This document shows, piece after piece, positions 39,966-52,200 of a stretch of 64,000 bases of DNA. Position 1 is the stretch's first letter; each line of letters begins with the position of its first letter. Made by a program: the position numbers and the translations under genes. A model generated the notes under the pieces. It saw only the letters and a list, made by a program, of their open reading frames with translations, was not told where the DNA came from and did no database searches. Origin of the DNA: Phoronis australis (Eukaryota; Animalia; Phoronida); contig NMRA01000051.1 in assembly GCA_002633005.1 (NCBI GenBank), positions 1,206,713 through 1,270,712 on the forward strand, given 5' to 3'.

Positions 39966-42304
39966 CAGTGGCGGATCTACGTTTTCAGTAAGGGGGGTTA
40001 GGATTCCTGCAAAGGTCGAATCCGAAGCGCGTGGCACCGAGCGGGGGGTAAACCCCCCTCCCTGTATGACAATTTTTTATTTTTGTAGCCAAACAGTGAA
40101 ATTTCCATGCATCCTGGTACGTTTTTGGCACTTAATATGTCCCTGGAGTTTTTGTTAAGCTAATTAAAACCCTTCTCGATTTCGTCACATGAACTTGGCT
40201 CATAAGTTTCGTGAAACCATATTTGTGCACATCTGGGTATGAGTCACACAACCAGCAAAACATCTGCTTACACACACCTTTTTAGCATATGAAAAAGTGT
40301 GGTGTGTATACAGAGGCTTAGACATCTACCAAATATCCACTGTACACTGAGAGTACACAAAAACTCTGGCCTGGCCCGTCACGAGACCAAAAGTACACCT
40401 GTACTTATTATCCCTATGAAAATAGTCGATCTGTCGCGGGACCAAACAGTACTGGCTGAGATAAATAGTTTTACAAAGCACACTTTGGTAAAAAACATCG
40501 CAAGACTTATTCGCCGAGGGACCAGATAATACACTGAAACTCAATAGCTCCACAAATCAAGCTGGCCTGGTCCGTGGCGAGGCCTAAAGCGTACTTTGCA
40601 AAAAATTTTAAATTGAAAACTTCTCTCTAGACACTTTTTAATGTCCAGTGGTTGCTCATACGTGTAGTTTACACATCTGGTGGTCAACTGCTGCGAGAGG
40701 TTGTCTAGGAATGGTTTTCGCACCGTTCTGTAGTACTCACTGGAAGAAACAAGTATTGAGTACAAATTCAACTACTCGCTACGTGAAATAGATTTTGGAT
40801 ATGAAGGGATAGACTCAAGTGAAAATACAGACCAGAATCAGTTTCTGTGCGCTCGTAGACCCTCTGCTGTACTGGGTAAATTTGGCATGTCCAAAAATAG
40901 TTTCTATTTCGTTTTCATTGTACACAGGCATAAAAAACCGACATTATTACAAACTTGTAGATTTATAACTTATTACTGAGTGTTTCTTCAGGAACGTTGT
41001 TATCTTTCTGTTGTCTAGACTGCCGAGGAATCTGTACATCGGATCCAATGGGTTGCTCCTCTTGGAGCCATTCTACCCAGACATCTTCGACGTTTGTTCC
41101 CAACACTTGCACTTCGTCAACTGCTGTGTCAATGAGCTTGTACGCCTCTACAATGTCAGCATCTCGTTTCGCAGCTCAGTTGGCACAAAGCCCCCCGAGG
41201 TTACCAAGTCCATTCAAAAGACTTACAGCATGCGGAACTAAATTTGATCCCATCATGGACTACTTCAAACCTTGACGATGTATCCCAAGACCCATTTGCA
41301 TCTCTGCAATTTTTGAAATAAACGTCCCAATGTCTGAACGCTTGAAACCCGAAGTACTAACATCAAATACATGTCTATGGGCATGGGCGTTTCTTCGGGT
41401 GGGCATTTCTGCGGAAATTCCCAGTATAGAAAACGGCAGTGGTGCTTATTGCAGATAGAAAGACGGTAGGTGTTGAGATCGGCACTACAGCTCCTTAGGA
41501 GGCCTATTGAACATCTCACGAGTCACACAAGACTTAATTGTGAAAATACAGCCTCCCCGCAATTTTTGGTACTGTACACTGTTCGCGAATGCGGTCACTT
41601 TGTCAATGTGAGTGCCCCCTTGGTCATTCCTTGTATAGACATAACTTGTTAGAGTGCATCTTCAAACAGACTCCTCGCGACCAGACCACGGCGTCCGCCA
41701 CGTGACAATAGCAGTTCTTCGGAAAACGATTTTTTTTTCAAAAGTATCACATGTACATGTACACTGTACGATATTGCGCAAGACAACTTTACTATACACC
41801 AGTCAAATTCGAGTTACAAACGTGTGGGGTGTAATAGAATGACACGGAATGACAGATGAGGTAAAAACGCTGCACGTCAATTCGGCCTGAATATCTGGGT
41901 TGCGGTACCACAGTATTTCCCCTAATCAAATCAAAACATATCTTAGAGTAAAGAAACTATAGTTACCCAAAGAAATCAGCTAAGGAGCTGTTCTTTCAGT
42001 GGTGGATCCATCTGAAATGCTCGGCTACTTCAGAAGTGTCGACGGAAGCGCGCGCACAATTGATCTCCGGGGTTTTGCGGCGATGAGCCACGAAGACTCG
42101 AAATGCGTTGATTTTCATAACAGCAATTCACAATGCAAAAAACTATATTTTCAGAGTGAACCCCTCATTTTTTCTAAGTTGGTTTACTTGGGGTTTACAC
42201 ACGCTGTTGGTGCCGTTTTTGTTTTGCTGGAGACGTTTTTTTNNNNNNNNNNNNNNNNNNNNNNNNNNNNNNNNNNNNNCCCCCCCCCCGTAGATCCGCC
42301 ACTG
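39966..42304 (-). mobile_element. Defective hAT-superfamily DNA transposon (PRKRIR/THAP12-like transposase relic), 16-bp TIRs, 5-bp TSD
   Basis: TIR CAGTGGCGGATCTACG / CGTAGATCCGCCACTG; TSD GAGCA at 39961-39965 and 42305-42309. Minus-strand relic peptides DIVEAYKLIDTAVDEV...IPRQSRQQKDNNVPEET (~41180-40980) and SSEYYRTVRKPFLDNLSQQL...ERSF (~40745-40615), with stops. Confidence 0.8.
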
Positions 42305-43293
42305 GAGCAAAGAACTTTGTTGGGCGAAAGTCTTTGAAGTTTACTGCCTACGACGAACACTAATCCTCCATGAACCCAATCGAACATCTGCCTGCAATAC
42401 AAGGTCAGTTTGACTGGATACCCTGAAAGATCGAGGTGCGTGGTTAGACTCCATTTGGGAGACAATGAGTGTGAGACATGTCTTCGCCACAGAAGCTGCT
42501 GTATTCTACATTCCAAGACCACTGCGCTTCTGTTTGCCACATCATGTTCGCACAACAATCCGGACCCCTTGCTCTAGTCTACTGATGAGAACAACATCAA
42601 GGACTTTGTTCACTACAGCTAAACACATGAAACATACATTCACATAGATCTGTACATATGAATTTGAGGTATGGCAATAATTAAGACACGTTGATTTGTG
42701 TGTATGTATTTCGTGGTGTTACCACCAATACATTTGTGTGCGGGTGAAATAACTATAAAAACGGACGTTGGACAAAGAATGAAATGCCGTAAACAAAAAA
42801 AAAAAAATTGGATGGCAATTGCAAATAATACTTAAAAGCATTGCACAGGTTTTAGGTGATATTTGTTTCCTAACTCAAGCATGTATCACCATGTGTAGCG
42901 TAACCCGAGTCCCTTACAGTGCCTTACACCATAGACTTATAATCATTACTTGTTATTATCTTTGATTACACTAGCTCAGGTAGCCGTGCTCAGAATGACT
43001 TCTGGTAAGATGGGCAATAAAAAGCGCCACAAGAGATGTTGTAAGACAGCTCATGCCCCTTATTTTGTAAACACATATTTTTAAACTACACCCAAAACAT
43101 ACTCAAACAATGGAGTGTTGAGCAAACTCAACCCTGAGTGCATTGCTGCACAACTCGCAACTGACGTCTGCTGCTCCTCGAGGTTCTCGAGTTTCCTTTG
43201 TTGTTTACTCCGGAAACGGTTGTTTCCCACAATGCAACTTACCATTTTTCTCAGAAAACGGAGACGTACGTGCGTGTGTCTAAAAATTTCGTT

Positions 43294-46200
43294 ATGTTTT
43301 TGTTGAGGATTGTAAGCGTTTTTTGTTGCACTGGATTTTGTTTGGGTAAGTTTAGTGCGCCAGATTCTAAAGATTCAACTTAGGTGATGGAAGGGGAGCC
43401 TTGGTTGCGGTCAGGGCTCGACGCTATTAAAATCGCCAGGTTAACGACTATTTAGTCTATGCTCACGCACAAGCCTACTCCTAGACCTAGGCAATGACCG
43501 TCGCCTCTGTTGGCCCGAAGCAGAGGCGATGTGGAGGCTATAGGCGCTCTGTACGCCGGAAGCTTTTCGGCGAATTATGCCTCACACCGACTAAACCATC
43601 AAAGTCACGTTGTTATAATACCTTTTGCGCATAGAGGAACACCTTAGGAGGTTGTCGATGTGTTTAAGTCCTTCCAACTCCAACAAATACTACCGTTATG
43701 AAACTTTTTCTTCGATCAGTCCCTATTTCAGTTCCCAAAATTGTGAAATCAAAATTTTTGTACTGCGCACGCTCCAATATTTACCGCGCTCGCTAGGTGA
43801 TGTGACTTCATAACCTCAAGAATTTTTAAATAGGCCAAAGGTGAGCCATTGCGGTCTTGTCAGTCAAATGTTCGTTTCCAAAATGCCACCACTTATGCTT
43901 GTCTTTAATTGGCGTTACTTGAAACTGTTTGTATTTCAATGAATTATTGTTCGTAATTGATAAAAATAAATGCTGTTGATATGACATTTAATAGTCTTTG
44001 TGCACATATTTGGCATTTTAATGTTTAACAACACGGCAAATGCACGGCTGGTTCCCGGCAGCACGTACGCAAAGGGCGGGAACTTCTGCTTTCAAAGTTC
44101 GCCGGTAGGATCGCAACTTCTGACCTTCGGCCTGGTTAAAAAAAAAGAAAATTTTGATTTCACGATTTTGGGAACTGAAATAGGGACTGATCGAAGAAAA
44201 AGTTTCATAACGGGAATATTTGTTGGAGTTGGAAGGACTTAAACACATCGACAACCTCCTAAGGTGTTCCTCTATGCGCAAAGGGTATTTATAACAACGT
44301 GACTTTGATGGTTTAGTCGGTGCGAGGCATAATTCGCCGAAAAGCTTCCGGCGTACAGAGCGCCTATAGCCTCTACATCGCCTCTGCTTCGGGCCAACAG
44401 AGGCGATGGTCATTGCCTAGCCTACTCCCTACCTTTGAAGTGTTTCACAATAAGCGCTCACTGATCTTCCTAAGCGTTTCCCCTCAACTAGTTGCCGACG
44501 TGAAAGTTGACTCAGTCACTCAGTGCTCTCTAACTGACTTGTGCATTCGAGTAGCAAAATTTGCGATGTGAAAAGGGATTTTGTTCGATCTGACCTGCTA
44601 CTGGCTGTCATCAAAGTCGTTAACGATTTAAACTAACTAACTCGGGTAATGGCGAGTTTGCTCCTCAATACCTTCCAAGTACGTGAAAAATATGTCAGTC
44701 ACAAAACGACACGCATGTCACTAGTGTTAACTTTCTTTCCGAGGTATAAAACAAAGCCGGGATTTGGTTTTTACATATTGTGAAAAGACGTTTTTGAAAA
44801 CTGAAGTTTTGTAAAATGAAAGTGACACACCATACATGTATAAGCTGCGTGTCAATTTTAAACCACACACGGTCGTTTGTAATGCGCTATCATGGGCGCT
44901 AGCTTGAAGTGTGAGCGCTTAATTTAAAATTCTCAAACTTTAAGGGGGGACTTTTAATAGATCAATGAAACACTTTAAAGGTTGGGAGTAGGCTTGTGCG
45001 TGAGCATAGTCGTTAACCTCAGTGTTTGCGGTAATGAGATATTAAAACGCTGCAATGGTAAGAAACGTTATAATAATACGATTTTGCGAGGCCGAAACTC
45101 CATCTAGTAGGGGTGACTTTCTGGATATCGTTACCACCTACATTGTACCCTTTTTAGTCACCCGGAATAATGTTGTTTTTAACTGCTCGCTTCAGCCGGA
45201 AGAAGGTTGTTTCTATAGGAGTCTGAACATTTTACGGCGACGTTGGTTCGGGGAGCGAAAAGTTGCCGAGGGGGGGAGGGTGTATAAAAAGAAGAATGAA
45301 AAGTTCGCTAACTTGAAGCACAATTTCGCATCTTGTGCCAGTTTAGTTGCAATAGCTGGCTACGGGCATAGAATACAGGGTTTACAGAACATCGACCTAG
45401 GGAAACATCGGAACAGGAACACGTCAGTTCTGGGTTATATCGGTCCCTGGACATCGGGTCTTTTATAACCGCTGGGAATCTGAGTTCATTTTCAAATAAA
45501 CCAGAGCCAAGCCGGACGGGTATACTCTTTCATTTAGGACTGTCGCTGTTCTTTGAAGTGGTGCGCACGCGTGAGTTCACGCACTTGAATCGCTGGAGTA
45601 GGCCTACACTTTACGTTGACAACAGTGTGTGAAAGACAAATCATATTTCGTGCACGTAGCCCCAGAAACAAGTAAAGGGTTTCAGAATTTTTTGGCAACT
45701 GAAAGTAAAGATGTGACCGTCGTTTGGCGATTTTGGTCATTTTCACTTTGGCTGTCTTAATACAATAAAAAAGGAGAAGCATATCTCAGTCTAAGTCACG
45801 ATTGTCTGCCGAGACCGCTTGCACGCTAACGGTACCGCAGTGCGATATCAGGGATATTGTCGTAGATATTCGGTACATGTAATACGGACATCTTGTGTGA
45901 AAAATAAAAATTTTTATCCACCACAAAGTTTGGTAAGTTGATCGCTTAAGAATTAGTAGAAACACCGTTGTTTTGTGAAGTTGTATCACGTGTTAAGCAG
46001 TGGCCCGAATCTTTCTTCGGCGAATCTGGGATTTTACAAAAGTGGCCGAAAGTGTTAGCCAATGAAACGATTCTGCATAATCCCATGTTCACGCGACTTG
46101 CTTACCGGGAGGGCTGTTCTCGGTTAGTGTTCTTTTGAACTTGGATTTGGCAACAACCAAATAACGGTCGGATTAACAAGAGCTGCTTTGTATTTGCCAG

Positions 46201-49200
46201 GTATCTGTTGAGAAGTGTAAAAACTCAGCTCGCATTCGTTGGAAATTCCAGGTCGCATTTTGCGACTTGATACGAGCTGACAAAAATCTCAGCTCGCATT
46301 TCCAAATTTCAGGTCGCAAATGCGACCTGCAGCTCGTTATGTCGAGCCCTGGGTCTAAAGCCAACAATTGTTGTTAATGTTAGAAACTCTAACGATTTTC
46401 ACGGTGAGCGAATTATACAAATTACAAGTTCCGTACGAATCTCGGCAATATGATTATGATCGGCACAAGGTTTTTGCCTTATGGTTGACCAACCCATGAT
46501 TTTCTAGTTATTTTGTTTAAAGTTGTCACGGCTTGTATGCCGGGAGTTACGGTTTGTTATTATCGAATATGGCCAATGGATCCTTTTGGATACTTCTTTA
46601 TGTGAAGCACGCGCAAATTGAACGTTCAGCGTCAGTTCAGTCTTACGGTTTATTTTCAACTTCGGTTCCTGTCTGCGCTTGATATTTGGAATATTGTGTG
46701 GTGAATATGCAGTGAGTGTAATAATGACTGTGAAGCCAAGGCCTCTCTAAATCGCTCGCCAGCTGTAGGCCTAACAGGCAATATTGCTCTTTTACTTTGG
46801 TCTCCAAATGTGTTGATGGGGATCATACCGTTGGCAGAGGACTGGACAGTCTGGCTGTTACGTAATTTCGTTACTTTATTTTACACACAAACACTGAGCG
46901 ATGAAAACGGGGGTTGGCTATCTTGTCATGTTGAACATGCTGATCAATTTTTTTACAAAAACCGGTTCAAAGACTGGTTAGGTTGTTTTTTAACGTGAAG
47001 CAATGCATACAAATGTTTTGGATGACTGCCGACAATAAACTTTTTAAGCTGTGATTGAAAATTTGAAAGAAAAAATCGAAGCAAGAATTTTCAAGTATTT
47101 GACCGCCATTTTTTCAGTCCGCTCAGGAAGGTGGTATTTGTTTACGACATTGACCTACACACATGATTCTGGNNNNNNNNNNNNNNNNNNNNNNNNNNNN
47201 NNNNNNNNNNNNNNNNNNNNNNNNNNNNNNNNNNNNNNNNNNNNNNNNNNNNNNNNNNNNNNNNNNNNNNNNNNNNNNNNNNNNNNNNNNNNNNNNNNNN
47301 NNNNNNNNNNNNNNNNNNNNNNNNNNNNNNNNNNNNNNNNNNNNNNNNNNNNNNNNNNNNNNNNNNNNNNNNNNNNNNNNNNNNNNNNNNNNNNNNNNNN
47401 NNNNNNNNNNNNNNNNNNNNNNNNNNNNNNNNNNNNNNNNNNNNNNNNNNNNNNNNNNNNNNNNNNNNNNNNNNNNNNNNNNNNNNNNNNNNNNNNNNNN
47501 NNNNNNNNNNNNNNNNNNNNNNNNNNNNNNNNNNNNNNNNNNNNNNNNNNNNNNNNNNNNNNNNNNNNNNNNNNNNNNNNNNNNNNNNNNNNNNNNNNNN
47601 NNNNNNNNNNNNNNNNNNNNNNNNNNNNNNNNNNNNNNNNNNNNNNNNNNNNNNNNNNNNNNNNNNNNNNNNNNNNNNNNNNNNNNNNNNNNNNNNNNNN
47701 NNNNNNNNNNNNNNNNNNNNNNNNNNNNNNNNNNNNNNNNNNNNNNNNNNNNNNNNNNNNNNNNNNNNNNNNNNNNNNNNNNNNNNNNNNNNNNNNNNNN
47801 NNNNNNNNNNNNNNNNNNNNNNNNNNNNNNNNNNNNNNNNNNNNNNNNNNNNNNNNNNNNNNNNNNNNNNNNNNNNNNNNNNNNNNNNNNNNNNNNNNNN
47901 NNNNNNNNNNNNNNNNNNNNNNNNNNNNNNNNNNNNNNNNNNNNNNNNNNNNNNNNNNNNNNNNNNNNNNNNNNNNNNNNNNNNNNNNNNNNNNNNNNNN
48001 NNNNNNNNNNNNNNNNNNNNNNNNNNNNNNNNNNNNNCCTCAAAAACGCACTTCTCGGGGGTGGCGACGGGGCACTGCCGGGAATCAACACAGACGGAAT
48101 GGCATCCTTCTTCAGGCGTTGTTTCGCAGGGACCTTCATCAGTTCAGCGTACAAATCCCTTTCGTAACCGGAGGGCAGAAAGTGCTTGCCACACACACGG
48201 CAATTCTCCACTGCTTTGTACGTTGCATGGACGGGTATGCTGCGTTCTTCACACGAACGAGCCAATTACGGCGAAGTGTGTCATCCATCGAAAGCGATGC
48301 AAAGGTACTCCCAAAGCGCGCGTGAGCCGATAACTAGTAAATTCCGGTACGCAGCAACAGTGTGGCATGACTAGTAAATGAAAGCAAACGACGACGGAAC
48401 TTAACACAACCAAGGTAGAGCAATGACTGACTCGGCAGCTCTCACAGTCAGACTATATGAAAAGAAATTGCCGCGAAATGCCTGCCTCCTAAAACGTCAC
48501 TTCCGCAGAAGCGGATGAGTAATTAATAAAATTACGAAAAGTTGTAATTAAGTGGAAAATATGTCTAGGATAATCAACCAACTTTATTTTAGCTCAAAAT
48601 GACATGGAAAAAGGTTGCCTTCGCCTATAAATTGCCAGGTCGCATTTTGCAACCTAGCCATAATCCAAGGTCGCATTTTCAAAATCCAGCTCGCAATCAT
48701 AAATGCCAGGTCGCAAAAATTTCTGCCATTTTTACGCACCAAAATTGATTTTTTAGATCATCGAGAAAATGTTTAGATTATGCTCTTATCTGCAGCGTTA
48801 AATACTCGCAAATTTCAGATCCCAAAATTGACTTCGTTCATGCAGGTACGGCGTTACTGTTCTTCTCGACCGCCATTGAAACTCTCTAGAGCGCAAGGCA
48901 AGTTGCCGACGTGAATGTTGAATTAGTGCTCTCTAACTGACATGTGCATTCGAGTAGCTAAGTCTGCGATGTGAAAGGGGAGAAAATGCCCGTTGAAAAA
49001 GTATATGGGATTTTGCTAGGTCTGACCTGCTGCTAGCTGTCAGCAAAGTCGTTAAAGAGTCAAACCAACTCCGAGTGCAAATTTCCTCCGCTTTTTGTTC
49101 GCAGCCCAAATTTTGCAGCTTAAGTGGACATTTGAAAAATTTCTGTCGAAAAAAATCTGTGAAAGCATGCCCTAACCGAATGAACAATTCAGTGCAAATT

Positions 49201-52200
49201 TTACAACTTATGCTGTTTACGTAATCGGCAATTAGTTTTCTATGAATTGAATAGCCTCAAAATAATTCCTGACTCCCTCCGTGAAGGTTTCCATCGGGTA
49301 ATGGCAAGTTTGCTCCTCAATACCTTCCAAGTACGGGAAAAATAGGTCAGTCACAAAACGACACGCATGTCAATAGTGTTAACTTTCTTTCGGAGGTATA
49401 AAACAAAGCCGGGATTTGGTTTTTACATATTGAGAAAAGAAGTTCTTTTGAACTGAATTTGTTGTGTAAAATGAGAGTGAACACCATATAGGCTCCGTGT
49501 CAATTTTAAAGCACGCGGGGTCGTTTGTAGTGCGTTATGATGGGCGCTAGCCTGAACTGTAGGCGCTTAATAGGAAATTCCCAAAAGTTGAGGGGAAACG
49601 CTTAGTAGATCAGTGAGCGCTTATTGTGAAACACTTCAAAGGTAGGGAGTAGGCTTGTGCGTGAGCATAGTCGTTAACCTGAGTGTTCGTGGTAATAAGA
49701 TATTAAAAGACTACAATGGTAAGACACGTTATAATAATACGATTTTGCGAGGCAAACTCCATCTAGTAGAGGTAACTTTCTGGATATCATTACCACCTAA
49801 ACTGTACCCTTTTTAGCCACCCGGAATAATTTTTTTTTTTAATTGCCCGCTTCAGCCGGAACAAGATTGTTTCTATTGGAGTCTGAACATTTTTATGGCG
49901 GCGGGCATAGAATATCGGGTTTAGAGAACATCGACCTTGGGAAACATCGGAACCGGAAAATATCAGTTCTGGGTTATGCCAGTCGAGGGTGAATATCGTA
50001 AAGCATTGGGTCTTTAATAACCATTGGCACCCGGGTGCTTAACAGAGCCAAGTCGGTATACTCTTTCATGTAAGACTGTCGCTATTCTCTTTTGTTGTGC
50101 AGCTTTGAACTGGTGCACACGCATGAGTTCACGCACTTGAATGGCTGGAATAGGCCTACACTTTACGTTGGCAACAATGCGTGAAAGACAAATCATATTT
50201 CGTGCATGTAGCTCCAGAAACAAGTAAGGGGTTTGAGAATTTCTTGGCAACTGAAAGTAAAGATGTGATCATTGTTTGGGGAATAATAGGGTTGTCATTT
50301 TAACTTTGGCTGTCTTATGGGATTAAAATGATTGTCTGCCGGGACTGCTTGCACACTAACAACAGGACCGACCAGTGCCGCAGTGTGATATCGCATATTG
50401 TCGTGGATATTTGGTACATGTAATAAGGACATCTTATGCGAAAAATGAACATATTTGTCCACCACTGAGTTTGGTAACTTGATCGCTTAAGAATTAATAG
50501 AAACACCGCTGCTTTGTGACGTCTTATCACGTGTTATGCAGTGGCCCGAAACTTTCTTCGGCGAATCTGGAAATTTGCAAAAGTGGCGGAAAATGTTAGC
50601 CAATGAAACGCATCAAAGATCAATTTTGCATATCCCGCGTTCACGCGACTTGCTTACAAGTCATTGGTAGGGCTGTTCTCAGTTAGTGTTCTTTTGAACT
50701 TGGATTTGGCAACATCAAAATAATGGTCAGATTAACAAGAGTTGCTTTATATTTGCCAGGTATCTGCCGAGAAGTGTAAAAACTCAGCTCGCATTCGTTG
50801 GAAATTCCGGGTCGCATTTTGCGACTTGATAGGAGCTGACAAAAATCTCAGCTCGCATTTCCAAATTTCAGGTCGCATTTACGACACAGCTCGTTATGTC
50901 GAGCCCTGGCACTATTTCCTGGTTGACACTGCCATGTTAGCTCAACTCAAGATTACAGCGACACTTGTTATTAATGACATAGTATGGAGGACAAGTAGCA
51001 GCATTTCACATTTTCCAATTTTTTATAATTGTGATCACTTGACAAGTTTTCCACGAAGTTGTCTGCAGTGATAGGCCTACCCTTTTCACCTGAGAATTTG
51101 GACCTCAAAAATAACCTCCGCTTTTTTCGTGGATTCTTGCTAACAGATGCATACCATACCAATGTCACCACAGGATCAAATTCGAACCCTTGGGACCATA
51201 AATCGGGCAGGGGTCTCGGTCAATTTGAACTTATGAAAAACGACGATCTCCAGAAGGTGGTAGATTACGGTAGTTCAGTTTTTGACCAACGGGACTCTTT
51301 CCATTCAACACGACGATATTTCTACTGAGTACAGGGGAATAGTACGAGGAGAAATTTCACGAAAAAATACTAAGGGAACGGGGTAGGAAAAATTTCTGTG
51401 TACTTTTGGAAAGATAATTTTGCAAGGAATCGAACGATACCAAAATCATAAATGTGTAAGTCAATGTCGTCATATTGTAAACAATTATCAGGACGGTTAC
51501 TAATGGTTACAGCCGTACAAAAGTAATGTTTGAATTTTGTGACAAACTGGGACAAAAAGGTCGATACATTGCTTTGAGACCTTCTACAGGCCCACTCACA
51601 AGTGTTGATTTATGTCCACAGCCCCTGCTCGGCCACCTACCTCCCTGCTTGAGGAATTTTGGAAGAATATGAAATGGTTTTGTTAACTGTGCAATATTGT
51701 AATGGCGGCTTCCAGTGGTCTCTGCCATTTTTCACAGTGACAAGATTTTTCATCTACACCTATGTGGTCACGTGACCTGTTATTTCAAGTATAGCCCTAA
51801 GGTGGTGCTCTCACTGGTCACCCGCTGATGACCATGCCTATTTATCTAAGGCACAGGCGTCGTTATCTTCTTCTTCTTGGTTTAAGTGACCACACTCTCT
51901 CCAGAGTATTATGTCACTGTATAACAATGAAGATTAACAAAAACGAGAACTACTATAACAGGTTTACAAGGATATATATGCATACTGTGAGCGTCACCGC
52001 AGAGGTCAGTTACTATAGCTATATCGTTAACAGATAAGGCAGTCGGTAATCGGGTGCTCCAAATGAAGCACCCCACTATGTTACTTCAGAAAGGCAGATA
52101 GCTTGCTGACAAAGATATCAAGAGAAGGGACTGATGTAATGCAGCCCGGCAAGCTATTCCAGTCTGCGACTGTTTTAGGAAAGAATGTCTTTTTCCTGTA

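Noticed and set aside
43625-44413. Duplicated ORFs (RIEEHLRRLSMCLSPSNSNKY) on opposite strands
   Set aside because: They are the two arms of the long TIR, not genes.
47051-48325. Longest ORFs in the track (424, 380 and 334 aa)
   Set aside because: They are open only because of the 865-nt N gap; only the minus-strand THAP fragment is meaningful.
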